Assembly: GCA_963662495.2 (NCBI GenBank) | Contig: CAXVYQ010000002.1 | Coordinates: 390,355 to 454,354, forward strand | Length of the DNA stretch: 64,000 nucleotides | Origin: Terriglobia bacterium | Lineage (GTDB): Bacteria > Acidobacteriota > Terriglobia > 2-12-FULL-54-10 | Direction: 5' to 3' | Part shown: positions 36,035-47,000 of the stretch, piece by piece | How the letters are laid out: each line of letters begins with the position of its first letter | How positions within the stretch are numbered: position 1 is the stretch's first letter | Notes under the pieces: model-generated | The model's database searches: none | Told to the model about the DNA's origin: nothing | Seen by the model: only the letters and a program-made list of their open reading frames with translations | Position numbers and translations under genes: made by a program

Positions 36035-37366
36035 CTACTCCTCGGCGATGCAATAGAGATACTGTGATCCACGCAGATAGATCTCTTTGTCGATCAATGC
36101 GGGAGAGGCATCGAAGTCATCGTCCAGATGGTTTTCCGCCAGCACCTCGTAGGCCGGGCCGTGGCGGATCACCAGCGTGGTTCCCTCGCGGCCCGTAAGA
36201 TACAATCGTTCCCGGGCGGCCACCGGGGAGGAAAAGACGTTGTGGATTGCCGGGAGGCGTTGGCGCTGGTAGTGCGGCTGGCCCGTTCGGACGTCAAAGG
36301 CCGACAGTATTCCCGAGTTGGTCTTCAGTAAATACAAAATGCCGTCGTAGAGCACCGGGGAGGGCACGTAGGGCGTGTCGCGGTCCAGCGACCAGACGAT
36401 TGCATCGGTATCGGTGATGTCGCCGCGCGCTCCGGCTAGCCGGATGGCCTTGAGGTCGTTGCCCCGGAAGCCGCTGGTGGCGACCAGGATGCCATCGGCG
36501 AACACCGGCGATGGGATCGGGTTCATGGTCAGGCCATCGCTCTCCCAGACGATCTCACCCGTCTCCAGATCGTAGCTCCGCAGCCGTTCCATACCCGGCA
36601 CGATCACCTGCGCCCGCCCGTCCTGCTCCACAACCAGAGGCGTGGCCCAGCTGTCGATCTCGTCCCGCTTCGCCCTCCAGAGTTCCGTGCCCGTCCGCTT
36701 GTCCAGCACCACGATGAAGGACTGCCCGCCTAGGTGATCCCAGACGACGACCAGACGGTCTCCGTAAAGCGCCGGCGTGCTGCCCTCTCCGAACTGGCTG
36801 CGCTGGCGTTTGTCGCCCAGGTCTTTCTCCCAGACCCGGTTGCCCTCCATATCGAATGCGTAGATTCCGAACGATTCGAAATAGGTATAGACATGCTCAC
36901 CGTCGGTCGCTGGCGAGGAGGAGGCCCATGTCCCATTGTCCTGATGCGAGGCCTCGTGCGGCGTGGCCTCGGTTGCGATCCTCTCCCAGAGGACGCTGCC
37001 GTCGCGCCGGTCCAGCGCCATCACCATGAAACGGTGGGGAATGCGCGGCTCCACTCCGCCGCGTGGCTCGTGCGCCTCCGGGCCGGAGACGCCCACCGGC
37101 ACGGCTGTCTGCACGAAGACCCGGTCTCCCCAGACCACCGGCGAGGCCACGCCCCGTCCGGGTATCTCCACCTTCCACCGGATGTTCTTCGACTCGCTCC
37201 ATTCAACCGGAGGATCGGCGGTCTCCGACACACCGGTGGCATAGGGACCCCGCCACTGCCCCCAGTTCCGCTCCTGCTCCGGGGTGGGATCGGGAGGCGA
37301 CGAGAAACCGGCCAGCACTCCCAGGCTGATGGCAATGATCGATGCTCCGAGCATGCTGCTTTTCAT
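36035..37366 (-). CDS. secreted PQQ-like beta-propeller repeat protein, paralog E
   Basis: The start is placed at MKSSMLGASIIAISLGVLAG. NWGQWRGPYATG motif and propeller blades. Confidence 0.8.
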   Translation of the reverse strand: MKSSMLGASIIAISLGVLAGFSSPPDPTPEQERNWGQWRGPYATGVSETADPPVEWSESKNIRWKVEIPGRGVASPVVWGDRVFVQTAVPVGVSGPEAHEPRGGVEPRIPHRFMVMALDRRDGSVLWERIATEATPHEASHQDNGTWASSSPATDGEHVYTYFESFGIYAFDMEGNRVWEKDLGDKRQRSQFGEGSTPALYGDRLVVVWDHLGGQSFIVVLDKRTGTELWRAKRDEIDSWATPLVVEQDGRAQVIVPGMERLRSYDLETGEIVWESDGLTMNPIPSPVFADGILVATSGFRGNDLKAIRLAGARGDITDTDAIVWSLDRDTPYVPSPVLYDGILYLLKTNSGILSAFDVRTGQPHYQRQRLPAIHNVFSSPVAARERLYLTGREGTTLVIRHGPAYEVLAENHLDDDFDASPALIDKEIYLRGSQYLYCIAEE

Positions 37367-37412
37367 CCATTCCTCCCTGTGCATCCATCTCTCCCTGAGC
37401 GAATGATGCTCC

Positions 37413-38807
37413 TTAGTCCGGCAGCTCCTCGTGCTGCGGCTCCGGCAGCCAGAAGGATGCGATAAACCCCACCAGGTAGACGGAAAAAGCGACGCATGCA
37501 GCGACCAGTGCGATTTTGGTGGGCGCAAAGGAGCGGTCGGGGGTGATCGCCAGCGTGGCCGTTACCCATGCGAACGACGTGCCGATCAAGCGACCGCCGA
37601 TGTTGGCGGCGAAACTCTCTCCCGTGCCGCGCAGATGGAGCGGGTAGACGCGCGGAAGATAGTTCCCCCAGAAGCTCAGTTGTCCTATGGTGAGCAGTCC
37701 CGCGAGGAACAGTCCGGGATAGAGCCAGGTGACGCTGTTTGTCGCCAGTACGGCGAACACCACCGGCATCACAATCAGTCCCGGAACCTGGAACAGGCGG
37801 ATCAGTCGCCGGCGGCTGGCGATTCGGACGACCAGCAGCGCCAGCAGTATCCTGCCCAGCATTCCTCCGAACTCCTGGGACTTCGTCAGGTTCGCCGCCA
37901 TCGATTGGATGATTCGTCCTGCCTCCGGCGGCGACATACCCTGAATCATCGCCCGCACCTCGGGTAGTCCGGGAACGATCTGCGGAATCTGCTGCAGCGC
38001 GCCGAACGCAGCACCATAGCCCATCGCAAACATGATCGTGGTTACAATCGTCGTCCGTCGCAGTTCCGGCGCAAACAACGCCCGGATGCTGGGACGTTTC
38101 AATGTTCCGGCCGCCCGTTTCTCCTGCCAGATGGGGGATTCCGGCAGGAACGGACGAATGATGATGAGCGGAATCGCCGGTATGATGCCCGACATCAGCG
38201 TATATCGCCATGCCGCGTGGGAATCGTGAATGCTGTCGCCTATTCCAAACCAGCTGATCTCTGGCAGGCTCGCGGCGTAGGCCACGCACAACCCGTTGAC
38301 TGTAGCCACCATCAGCCCGCCGATGGACGAAAACGCCTGCGTATATCCCAGTACCTTCTCGCGGCGGGCCGGTTGCGGAAACGATTCGGCAAGCCACGCG
38401 ATGGCGGCGACAAACTCCACGCAGACGCCGATGAAAACCAGGCACCGCAGCGCCAGCAGCATCTCCACCGAGGTCGAAAAGCCGGATGCAAACGCCGCAA
38501 CTCCATAAAGAAGGATGCTGTATGTGAGCACCCGCCGCCGCCCGATCCGATCCGTTAAGTAGCCGCCCAACAATCCAAAGATGCCGCCCGCAATCGCCGG
38601 CAGATAGAAGAGCCGGCCCACCCACATCTGGAACTCCGGCGAGCCGGGAGCGGCGCCGATCAGATCCAGCAGCGCCGGCCGCACGATCAGCGGCAGCATG
38701 AGGATTTCGTAGATATCGAAGGAAAAACCGATGACCGCTATGAAGCAGATCAGCCACTGCTGCGCCGTCAGAGGTGATGGGGCGGTGCCTGTGTTGCTGT
38801 TCGTCAT
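37413..38807 (-). CDS. MFS transporter
   Basis: 464 aa with about 12 hydrophobic segments and a GYLTDRIGRRR-type loop 2-3 motif. The overlapping 505-aa ORF in another frame is Arg/Gly-rich noise. Confidence 0.8.
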   Translation of the reverse strand: MTNSNTGTAPSPLTAQQWLICFIAVIGFSFDIYEILMLPLIVRPALLDLIGAAPGSPEFQMWVGRLFYLPAIAGGIFGLLGGYLTDRIGRRRVLTYSILLYGVAAFASGFSTSVEMLLALRCLVFIGVCVEFVAAIAWLAESFPQPARREKVLGYTQAFSSIGGLMVATVNGLCVAYAASLPEISWFGIGDSIHDSHAAWRYTLMSGIIPAIPLIIIRPFLPESPIWQEKRAAGTLKRPSIRALFAPELRRTTIVTTIMFAMGYGAAFGALQQIPQIVPGLPEVRAMIQGMSPPEAGRIIQSMAANLTKSQEFGGMLGRILLALLVVRIASRRRLIRLFQVPGLIVMPVVFAVLATNSVTWLYPGLFLAGLLTIGQLSFWGNYLPRVYPLHLRGTGESFAANIGGRLIGTSFAWVTATLAITPDRSFAPTKIALVAACVAFSVYLVGFIASFWLPEPQHEELPD

Positions 38808-39367
38808 GATTGCTCGATGTTATTCCATTGTCCCGGCGTGCGGGCACAATGAACTCCTTTCCTGCTCGTGTGGAATCCATGGGGTGCTCGGGAAGGCTTC
38901 CACGCCCGGCTATGAACCGGCCGTCCGCAGCGCCCGGAAAATTCTGAACAGCTCAACCTTGAAAAGCTCTGCGGGAATGTTCGTCCGACCCATCGTCCCC
39001 ACTCCGAATACGATCCAAGCGGATGGCGGACACCGGCGTCGGCAGGATCATGGTATCGCGGATGCTCGCGCCACGAAACGTAAAAACAATCGAATCGCGA
39101 ACCAGGGAGCAATGAAATGCATCCGAGCAGTGAACCGCCACGGAGCCGGGAGTGCGTCCGAACAGCGAAACGCGAGGACAGTTGCATTCGATGTCCCTGC
39201 CGGACATCGTGCGCCCCGGGAATGTATGTCCGGCATGGAACTTTCTCTGCTTAGGCCCTGCTTTGGCGGTTGCATTGGCCGGGACGGGGGCCGGGAGGGA
39301 GACGGGACTGCGGGGGAGGGGACGAAATCTCTTTTCGCAACCGGACCCAATTCCTTATACTAAGCAG

Positions 39368-40483
39368 ATGCAAATCGCGGATTCGAATTCACAGGTGGAC
39401 AATAAGGCCCGGGCAGGCGCAGCGGGCGAGGCGCTCGACGCCTGGGTGCGCGAGGTGGTCGATTGGCATTTCGATCCCGCCAGCGGTTGTCCTTTCTGGC
39501 TGAACTACGCCTCGAAACTGGGATGGGACCCCCGGCGCGAGATCAAGGTGTTTCAGGACCTGAAGAGGTTTCCCCCGTTCGAGGATGAGTGGCTGCGCGG
39601 CGGGCCGGTGGAGCGCTGGGTCCCGCGAGGGCTTGCCGGCAAACCCGTCTACGTCTTCGAGACCGGCGGCACCACCGGCATCCCGAAGACGCGCATCAAC
39701 TGCCATGATTTCCGGATCGATTACGAGATGTTCAGCAAGACGTTGCCGGACGAATATTTTCCGAGAGGCTCCAACTGGCTGATGATGGGTCCCACCGGTC
39801 CTCGCCGCCTGCGGCTGGCCGTGGAGCATCTGGCGCAGGTTCGCGGCGGCATCTGCTTTCTTGTGGACCTCGATCCGCGCTGGGTCATCAAGCTGATCCA
39901 GAAGGGGTGGAGCGAGCATCTCCAGGCCTACAAGGATCATGTCATCGATCAGGGTATTACGATCCTTCAGGCCAACCACGACATCCGTTGTCTGTTCACT
40001 ACGCCCAAGCTGCTCGAAGCACTTGCCATGCGGCTGGAGACCATGGGCACCACCATCCGCAAGATGGGCATCACCGGCATCTTTTCCGGCGGCACGGAGT
40101 TCACTCCGCAGTGGAACCGGTTTGCCCGCGAGGAACTGCTGGACGGAGCCTACTTGACCCCCACCTACGGCAATACCATGATGGGTCTGGCGGCCAGCGC
40201 CCCGAGCGGCCCGGAAAACGGCTATAAGATCGCCTATTACCCCCCTCATCCCCGCGCTGCCATCGAAGTCGTGAACTTGGAGGATTCCGCGTCCGTCGTG
40301 AATTACGGAGAAACCGGCCGCATCAGCATTACCACTCTCACCAAGGAATTTTTCATGCCCGGTTTTCTTGAGCGGGATGAAGGCGAGCGGGAGCCGCCTT
40401 GTGATCTCTACCCCTGGGATGGCGTCAGCGGCGTCCGGCCCTACCGGGGACTGGCCGCCACGACCACGGTGGGAGTGTACTGA
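39368..40483 (+). CDS. acyl-adenylate-forming enzyme of the LuxE / CapK / F390-synthetase-like type
   Basis: 371 aa from the ATG at 39368. FETGGTTGIPK phosphate-binding loop, FSGGTEF, and the YGETGRISITTL block. Its size and order (next to a LuxC-like gene) resemble acyl-protein synthetase LuxE. Confidence 0.6.
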   Translation: MQIADSNSQVDNKARAGAAGEALDAWVREVVDWHFDPASGCPFWLNYASKLGWDPRREIKVFQDLKRFPPFEDEWLRGGPVERWVPRGLAGKPVYVFETGGTTGIPKTRINCHDFRIDYEMFSKTLPDEYFPRGSNWLMMGPTGPRRLRLAVEHLAQVRGGICFLVDLDPRWVIKLIQKGWSEHLQAYKDHVIDQGITILQANHDIRCLFTTPKLLEALAMRLETMGTTIRKMGITGIFSGGTEFTPQWNRFAREELLDGAYLTPTYGNTMMGLAASAPSGPENGYKIAYYPPHPRAAIEVVNLEDSASVVNYGETGRISITTLTKEFFMPGFLERDEGEREPPCDLYPWDGVSGVRPYRGLAATTTVGVY

Positions 40484-40515
40484 TCGGGAGTGAATTGAAT
40501 TGGAGTGTATTGAAG

Positions 40516-41946
40516 ATGCTGGAGATTCCCGTACTCCGCTGGGGACAGCCCTACCAAAGCCTTGAGGTGGACGAGGTCGTGCACTTTCTGACCGGCGAGC
40601 CCATCGCAAGGGTCGGCCGGGCCAACAGTGGCCTCATCCATCGGGACATGCGCAAGGCCCAGCGCGCACGAGACGTGCTGGCGGAAATCCCCATCGACGA
40701 GCTGATCGAGAGAGTCGCCCGCGCCGGGGAGCTGTATGCCAGTGGCACGGTTCCCATAGGCGACGGTGCGCAGACGCCGGATGAGTTTGTCCGCGCACAG
40801 TCGGGCAGCACGGGGCTGCCCGAAAATATGTGCCGCGCGAATATGCAGAAAAACGCTTTCGTGCTGGCCGAGATGAAGAACATCCTCGCCGCGCTGACCC
40901 GTGGACTGGACCTGGACGTTCTGACGCGCGGGCACGGGGAGGAGCGCGGCGTTCCCATCAGCTATCAGGCTCAGAGCCCCGTGCTGGGACTCGTCCTGCC
41001 ATCGAACTCGCCCGGCGTGCACACACTGTGGCTGCCGATCATTCCCCTGCAGGCCGGGCTGGTGCTGAAACCCGGGCCGCAGGAGCCCTGGACTCCCTAT
41101 CGCATGGCCGGGGCGTTCTTCGAGGCGGGCATTCCACGCGAGGCCATCTCGATCTATCCCGGAGAGGGCGATGTCGGCGCGGCGGTGCTGGAAAGCTGCG
41201 GCCGCAGTCTCATCTTCGGCGGCACTCCCACCGTCGACCGCTACCGGGGCGATCCCCGCGTGCAGGCGCACGGGCCGGGCTTTTCCAAGATTCTGCTGGG
41301 GGACGACCAGGTCGATCAGTGGGAGAAATATCTGGACGTCATGGTGGAGAGCGTGCTGCTCAACAGCGGCCGCAGTTGCATCAACTGCTCCGGCATCTGG
41401 GTCAGCCGTCACGGCCGCGAGATCGCCGAGGCGATTGCGCAGCGGGTCGCGTCCGTGGAGTCACTGCCCCCGGAGGACCCTCAGGCCGCGCTGGCCGCCT
41501 TTACAGTCCCCGGCGCCGCCGATGCCATCTCGCAGGCGATCGATGCCGATCTTCAGGTGCCCGGCGTTACCGACGTAACCGCCCGGCACCGTGACACCGG
41601 CCGCGTCGTGAAGCAGGGCCGGGCCGACTACCTGCTTCCCACGGTGGTCCATTGCGACTCGCCGGATGCGGCGATCGCTCGGAAGGAATACATGTTTCCG
41701 TTCGCGACGGTCGTGGAGTGCCCCGAGGAACGCATGATCGATGCAATCGGCCCTACGCTGGTCTGCAGCGCAATCACCTGCAACGAGCAGTTTCGCGCCC
41801 GGCTGCTGCGAGCGGTGCATATCGACCGGTTGAATCTGGGTCCCGTCCCGACCACGAAGCTGAACTGGATGCAGCCGCACGAAGGCAACATCGTCGATTT
41901 TCTCTTTCGTGCGAGGGCGTTTCAAACGGCTCCGCTCTCTGCCTGA
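40516..41946 (+). CDS. aldehyde-dehydrogenase-superfamily protein, LuxC-like acyl-CoA/acyl-protein reductase
   Basis: MLEIPVLRWGQ N-terminus, LPSNSPGVH, candidate catalytic Cys in NSGRSCINCSG. The canonical ELGG Glu is replaced (AHGPGFSKI), as in reductase-type members. GGAG lies 10 nt upstream of the ATG at 40516. Confidence 0.55.
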   Translation: MLEIPVLRWGQPYQSLEVDEVVHFLTGEPIARVGRANSGLIHRDMRKAQRARDVLAEIPIDELIERVARAGELYASGTVPIGDGAQTPDEFVRAQSGSTGLPENMCRANMQKNAFVLAEMKNILAALTRGLDLDVLTRGHGEERGVPISYQAQSPVLGLVLPSNSPGVHTLWLPIIPLQAGLVLKPGPQEPWTPYRMAGAFFEAGIPREAISIYPGEGDVGAAVLESCGRSLIFGGTPTVDRYRGDPRVQAHGPGFSKILLGDDQVDQWEKYLDVMVESVLLNSGRSCINCSGIWVSRHGREIAEAIAQRVASVESLPPEDPQAALAAFTVPGAADAISQAIDADLQVPGVTDVTARHRDTGRVVKQGRADYLLPTVVHCDSPDAAIARKEYMFPFATVVECPEERMIDAIGPTLVCSAITCNEQFRARLLRAVHIDRLNLGPVPTTKLNWMQPHEGNIVDFLFRARAFQTAPLSA

Positions 41947-42011
41947 CGGTGCCCGCCCTGGGGTCCTCCAGCGGCGCAACCGATTCGCGCCAGGAAGCGT
42001 AATCAATCTGC

Positions 42012-43334
42012 ATGCGGATACTCTCCATCACGGCCGGGGCTGCGGGGATGTATTGCGGCAGTTGCGTCCGCGACAACGCGCTGGCGGCGGAACTGATTAC
42101 CCAAGGACACGATGTCACGCTGGCGCCCGTCTACACGCCCACCCGCACCGATGAGCCGAACGTCAGCCGCCACCGTGTCCTGTTCGGCGGCATCAGCGTC
42201 TATCTGCAGCAGTATTTTTCCCTGTTCCGGCGCACGCCCGGGTTCCTGGACTGTCTCTGGGACGCGCCCTTCGTCATCGACGCTTTTGCCGGCCGCGCCG
42301 TCTCACACGACCCGCACCTGCTGGGCGGCCTGACGGTCTCCATGCTGCGCGGCGAGCAGGGTGCGCTCGGCAAGGAGTACCGGAAATTGCTCGACTGGGT
42401 GAGCCGGGAGCCGGTTCCCGACATCATCAACCTGCCCAATTCTCTGCTCATCGCGCTGGCGGCACCGTTGGGCAAGGCCTTGCAGCGACCGGTTTGTTGC
42501 ACGCTGCAGGGCGAGGAACTGTTCATTCAGGGGCTGGACGAGCCGTACCGGCAACAGACGATCGATCTGATCCGGGGGCAAGTCCGGCATGTGGACCGCT
42601 TCATCGCCGTGAGCGAGTATTGTGCACGGTTCATGGCGGAGTATCTTGCCATTCCGCACGAGAAGATCGTGGTTGCGCCGCTCGGCATCGATCTGGCGGG
42701 CTACGAGCGCCGTGAGCCTGGAGTGGAGGATGCCGCTGGATTTCGCATCGGCTTTTTCGCGCGCGTTGCGCCGGAGAAGGGACTGCTGGAACTGGCCGAG
42801 GCTTATATCCGGTTCCGCCACCGCCCCGGCGCGGCCCCGGCGCGGCTGGAGGCCGCGGGCTTCCTGGCGGCCCGCCACCGGGAGTATCTTTCCGGGGTCC
42901 GCCGCCTTCTCGATCGGGCGGGGTTCGCAGAGGAGTTTACTTATCACGGAGAACTCGACCGCGCGGGCAAGCTCGCGTTCTTGCGTGGCCTCGACGTTCT
43001 GTCGGTTCCCGCCCCCTGCGACGAGTCCAAGGGCATCTTCCTGCTGGAGGCCATGGCTGCGGGCGTTCCGGTGGTCGAGCCGCGCCGGGGCGCCTTTGTC
43101 GAGATCGTCGAGAAAACGGGTGGCGGTGTTCTGGTGGAACCCGGTGATCCGGACGATCTTGCCGATGCTCTTTTCCATCTCTGGCAGGACCGGAAAGCTC
43201 ATGACAATCTGGCGCAGTGCGCCTTTCAGGGCGTACGGAACCATTACACCGTGGCTCAATCCGCAACACGCTTGCTGGAAATCTACGAGAAAGTGCTGAG
43301 GTCATACGCAGTTGCTGGAAGTATCGGGAATTAG
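42012..43334 (+). CDS. glycosyltransferase family 4 (GT-B fold)
   Basis: MRILSITAGAAGMYCGSCVRDN N-terminus and the ESKGIFLLEAMAAGVPVVEPRRGAFVEIV EX7E region. Confidence 0.8.
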   Translation: MRILSITAGAAGMYCGSCVRDNALAAELITQGHDVTLAPVYTPTRTDEPNVSRHRVLFGGISVYLQQYFSLFRRTPGFLDCLWDAPFVIDAFAGRAVSHDPHLLGGLTVSMLRGEQGALGKEYRKLLDWVSREPVPDIINLPNSLLIALAAPLGKALQRPVCCTLQGEELFIQGLDEPYRQQTIDLIRGQVRHVDRFIAVSEYCARFMAEYLAIPHEKIVVAPLGIDLAGYERREPGVEDAAGFRIGFFARVAPEKGLLELAEAYIRFRHRPGAAPARLEAAGFLAARHREYLSGVRRLLDRAGFAEEFTYHGELDRAGKLAFLRGLDVLSVPAPCDESKGIFLLEAMAAGVPVVEPRRGAFVEIVEKTGGGVLVEPGDPDDLADALFHLWQDRKAHDNLAQCAFQGVRNHYTVAQSATRLLEIYEKVLRSYAVAGSIGN

Positions 43335-43998
43335 CAAACACTACCCGGCGCCGCGGGGGTTGCTCACGGTGCTCTCTGGTGTTACGTTCTCGCTGGAGTC
43401 GGGAAACTCCGCCGCGATGACCGGGCCCTCGGGCAGCGGGAAAAGTTCGCTCCTCTATATCCTGGGCGGACTCGAGCCGCCTTCGGCGGGGACGGTCCGG
43501 CTCGGCGGCCGCAATCCCTATGAGCTGACCCCGCCGGAGCTGGCTGGCTTCCGGAACACCCAGATCGGATTCGTCTTTCAAGATCACTGTCTGTTGCCGC
43601 AGTGCTCGGTGCTGGAGAACGTCCTCGTGCCCACGCTGGTCGCGAATGCCGGCGAGGAGGATCCCGCGCCCGATTTCACCGCCCGAGCACGGTCGCTGAT
43701 CGAGCAAGTGGGGCTGGAGGATCGCATGGAGCATCGCCCGGGGGAACTCTCCGGAGGAGAAAAACAGCGGGTGGCGATTGCGCGGGCGCTGATCCGGGCC
43801 CCCCGGCTGGTGCTGTGCGACGAGCCGACGGGTAATCTTGACCCGGCGACGGCCGGTGCGGTCGCATCGCTGCTGCTCGATCTCCACCGCAGGCAAAACA
43901 ACATTCTGATCGTCGTGACGCATAGCGCGCAGCTCGCCTCCCGGTTTTCCCATCGTTTCGAGGTCGCGGGCGGACGATTGATTCGGGCCGAGTCGTGA
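43312..43998 (+). CDS. ABC transporter ATP-binding protein (MacB/LolD type)
   Basis: Walker A GPSGSGKSS, signature LSGGEKQRVAIARAL, Walker B LVLCDEPTGNLD. The TTG start overlaps the end of the GT4 gene by 23 nt. Confidence 0.85.
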   Translation: MLEVSGISKHYPAPRGLLTVLSGVTFSLESGNSAAMTGPSGSGKSSLLYILGGLEPPSAGTVRLGGRNPYELTPPELAGFRNTQIGFVFQDHCLLPQCSVLENVLVPTLVANAGEEDPAPDFTARARSLIEQVGLEDRMEHRPGELSGGEKQRVAIARALIRAPRLVLCDEPTGNLDPATAGAVASLLLDLHRRQNNILIVVTHSAQLASRFSHRFEVAGGRLIRAES

Positions 43999-44065
43999 GC
44001 AGCGGATTGGAATAACGGTGTTCCCCGCCGAATCCGGGCGGGGGATGCAACAATGTAGAGCTTTT

Positions 44066-47000
44066 ATGAAGCTTCGTCATCTTGTCCTCGGGAGCATGAA
44101 ATACTACTGGCGCACGAACGCCGCCGTCGTGCTGGGCGTGGCGACGGCTGTCGCCGTGCTGTCCGGCGCGCTGCTGGTGGGCGATTCGGTGCGTGGCAGC
44201 TTACGGGATTTGGTCCTGGAGCGGATCGGCAGAACGGATCAGGTTGTCGTATCAGCCGGGTTCTTTCGCGAAAGTCTTGCCGGGGACCTGGGAGGAGATC
44301 CGGAGTTTCCAGCATTCTTCGACGGGATCTGCCCCGTCGTGATGGTGCAGGGTTTTGTCAGCGTGCAGGGCGGCGGCGGTCGTGCCGGCCAGGTGCTGGT
44401 TTACGGGGTGGACGACCGTTTTTGGCGGTTCCACGGCATGGACACGGTCAGCGGACCGCGGGACCGCGACGCGCTGATCAGCCCAGCTCTCGCCCAAGAG
44501 CTGGGCGCGGCGGCGGGAGCCATGATTCTGGTCCGGGTACAGAGTCCGACCGACGCTCCTCTGGAATGGCTGCACGGCCGCAAGGATGATCCTGGCCGGA
44601 CGCTGAGAGCCACGGTCGGGGCCGTGATTCCCCGCCACGAACTCGGCGAGTTTTCCCTGCAAGCGCGGCAAGGTGATATCCGCGCTGTCTTTCTGCCGCT
44701 GCCCCTGCTCCAGCAGAGCCTGGAGGTGGGCAGCCGTGTCAACACTCTGCTGCTCTCCGCCAGCCCGGATAGCACGGCACCTTCTTCCGCGGCCCTGGAG
44801 CGGCTGGTGAGAAGCCAGGCCCGGCTGGAAGACTTCGGCCTGGAGTTGCGAGTTCCCGAGTCCCGGGACGCATTCTTCCTGGAAGCCGAAGGCGGATTGC
44901 TGAATGACGCCCAGGCGAATGCGGCATTGGATGCGGCGCGCGAGGTGGGTTTGGCTGCCCAGCCCGTGTTTACCTACCTGGCCACCGGCCTCGGCAGCGG
45001 GAATCGGGAGATCCCCTATTCGGTTGTAACCGCCATGAATCTCCCCGAGCTCTCCGGTCCCGATTCCATGGTGTTGAACGATTGGGCGGCGCGGGATCTT
45101 CAGGTCGCGGCCGGCGACCTGGTAACGATGGAATACGACGTGTGGGAGGAACCCGGCCGCCTGGTTGCCCGGAGCAAGGAATTCCGCATCAGCGGAGTGG
45201 TCCCCATCGATCCCCGCGACCGCGATCTGGCGCCGGTATATCCGGGCATCACCGATTCGGCGACGCTGTCTGGCTGGGACCCCCCATTTCCCATCGACCT
45301 GCGCCGGATCCGCAGCATCGATGAGGAGTACTGGAAAATCCACCAGGCAACTCCGAAAGCCTTCATCCCCTTTGGAGTGGGCGAGCAGCTCTGGCATTCG
45401 CGATACGGCTCGATGACGGCGATCCGGTTCACCCTGAATCAGGGGCAGGACCAGGGGCAGGATCTGGAGACGATGCGCCGTCTCTATGCCGGGCGTCTGC
45501 GCGGGGAAATCGATCCCCTGGCGATGGGCATCGCCGTGCGCGACGTACGCGCGGAGGGTCTGAGAGTTGCCGGCGGCGCAACCGATTTTGGGGCTTATTT
45601 TCTCTACTTCAGCTTTTTTCTGGTGGTGTCGGCGTTGCTGCTGGCGGCGCTGTTTTTCCGGCTCAGCATGGAGCAGCGCGCTGGCGAAGTGGGGTTACTC
45701 CGTGCCGTGGGATGGAATGTCCCGGCTGTCCGCCGGTTATTCCTGCGGGAAGGGTTTTGGTTGTCCCTCGCGGGCGCGGGCGCTGGCGTGCTGGGAGGAA
45801 TCGGCTACGGCTGGGTAATGATGACCGGGTTGCGCACATGGTGGGTGGGAGCCGTCGGGACGACTGCGCTCACGCTGCACCTCTCGCCGGCGTCGCTTGC
45901 CGGAGGTGCGCTCGGCGGCGTGGCCGCATCGATGGCCTGCATCTGGCTGTCGCTCCGCAGTCTTTCGGCTGTTTCCGAACGCCGCCTGCTGACGGGCCAG
46001 ATTCGTTCCGAAACGGCGGATGTCCTCCGAGGCCGCAGAAAAGGCGGATGGCATTCCATTGCCGCCGCGGGGCTTGCCTTGCTGGGCGCGGTCCTGATCG
46101 CTTCCGCTGCTGCCGGACTGATCGAGCGGGCCAGCGCGTTTTTCAGTGCGGGCATGGCGCTGCTGGCCTCCTGTCTGTTGCTCTCCGCTCTTTGGCTCGC
46201 GCAGCCGGCGAGCAATGGGCTGGGGGGCCGGGGCTGGGCATCCCTGGGCCGGCTGGGTCTGCGCAATGCGATGTACCGTCCGGCCCGGAGCGTGGCATCG
46301 ATGGCCATGATCGCTTCGGCCACCTTCATTCTGATCGCGGTCGACACGTTCCGGAAAGAGGACTCTTCGGTCCCGGCCGGCCGCTCCTCCGGAACCGGCG
46401 GTTACTCGCTGCTCGTCGAATCGCTGCTTCCGCTGGTTCACGATCCCGGCAACCGCGAAGGGCGCGAGATGCTTGGCCTTGCCGGTTTCGATCAGGTAAC
46501 GATCGAGCCATTCCGTGTCCGGCCCGGAGACGATGCCAGTTGTCTGAATCTGTACGTTCCCAGCAATCCCCGCATCCTCGCTCCCCCGGATCGCTTGATC
46601 GAACAGGGGCGCTTTTCGTTCCGTTCCTCGCTGGCTTCCAACGGCGGGGAACGTGCCAATCCCTGGCTGCTTCTCCACCGGGAGGAGGCCGATGGCGCCG
46701 TTCCGGTCATCGCCGATGTGAATTCGATGACCTATGTGCTGCACCGCAAGCTTGGCGAAGACATTGTATTCACGGCCGGGGATCGCGAGGTTCGGCTCCG
46801 TCTGGTGGCGGCGCTGGAGGACAGCATCTTTCAGGGAGAGTTGCTGATGTCGCAGACAAATTTCCTGCGGCTGTTCCCGGAGCGGGAGGGATATCAGTTT
46901 CTGCTCGTCGAGCCCGGTTCGGGTCCTGGCTCAGGCCAAAGTTCAGGCACAGGATCAGGTCCCGACGAGCAGGTCGCGCTGGCCATCGAGGAGGCGCTGG

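Noticed and set aside
38953-39207. An 84-aa minus-strand ORF in the 560-nt MFS/LuxE-like intergenic region as a small regulator gene.
   Set aside because: It has no recognisable motif or ribosome-binding context and overlaps other equally long frames. It remains a possibility, not a feature.
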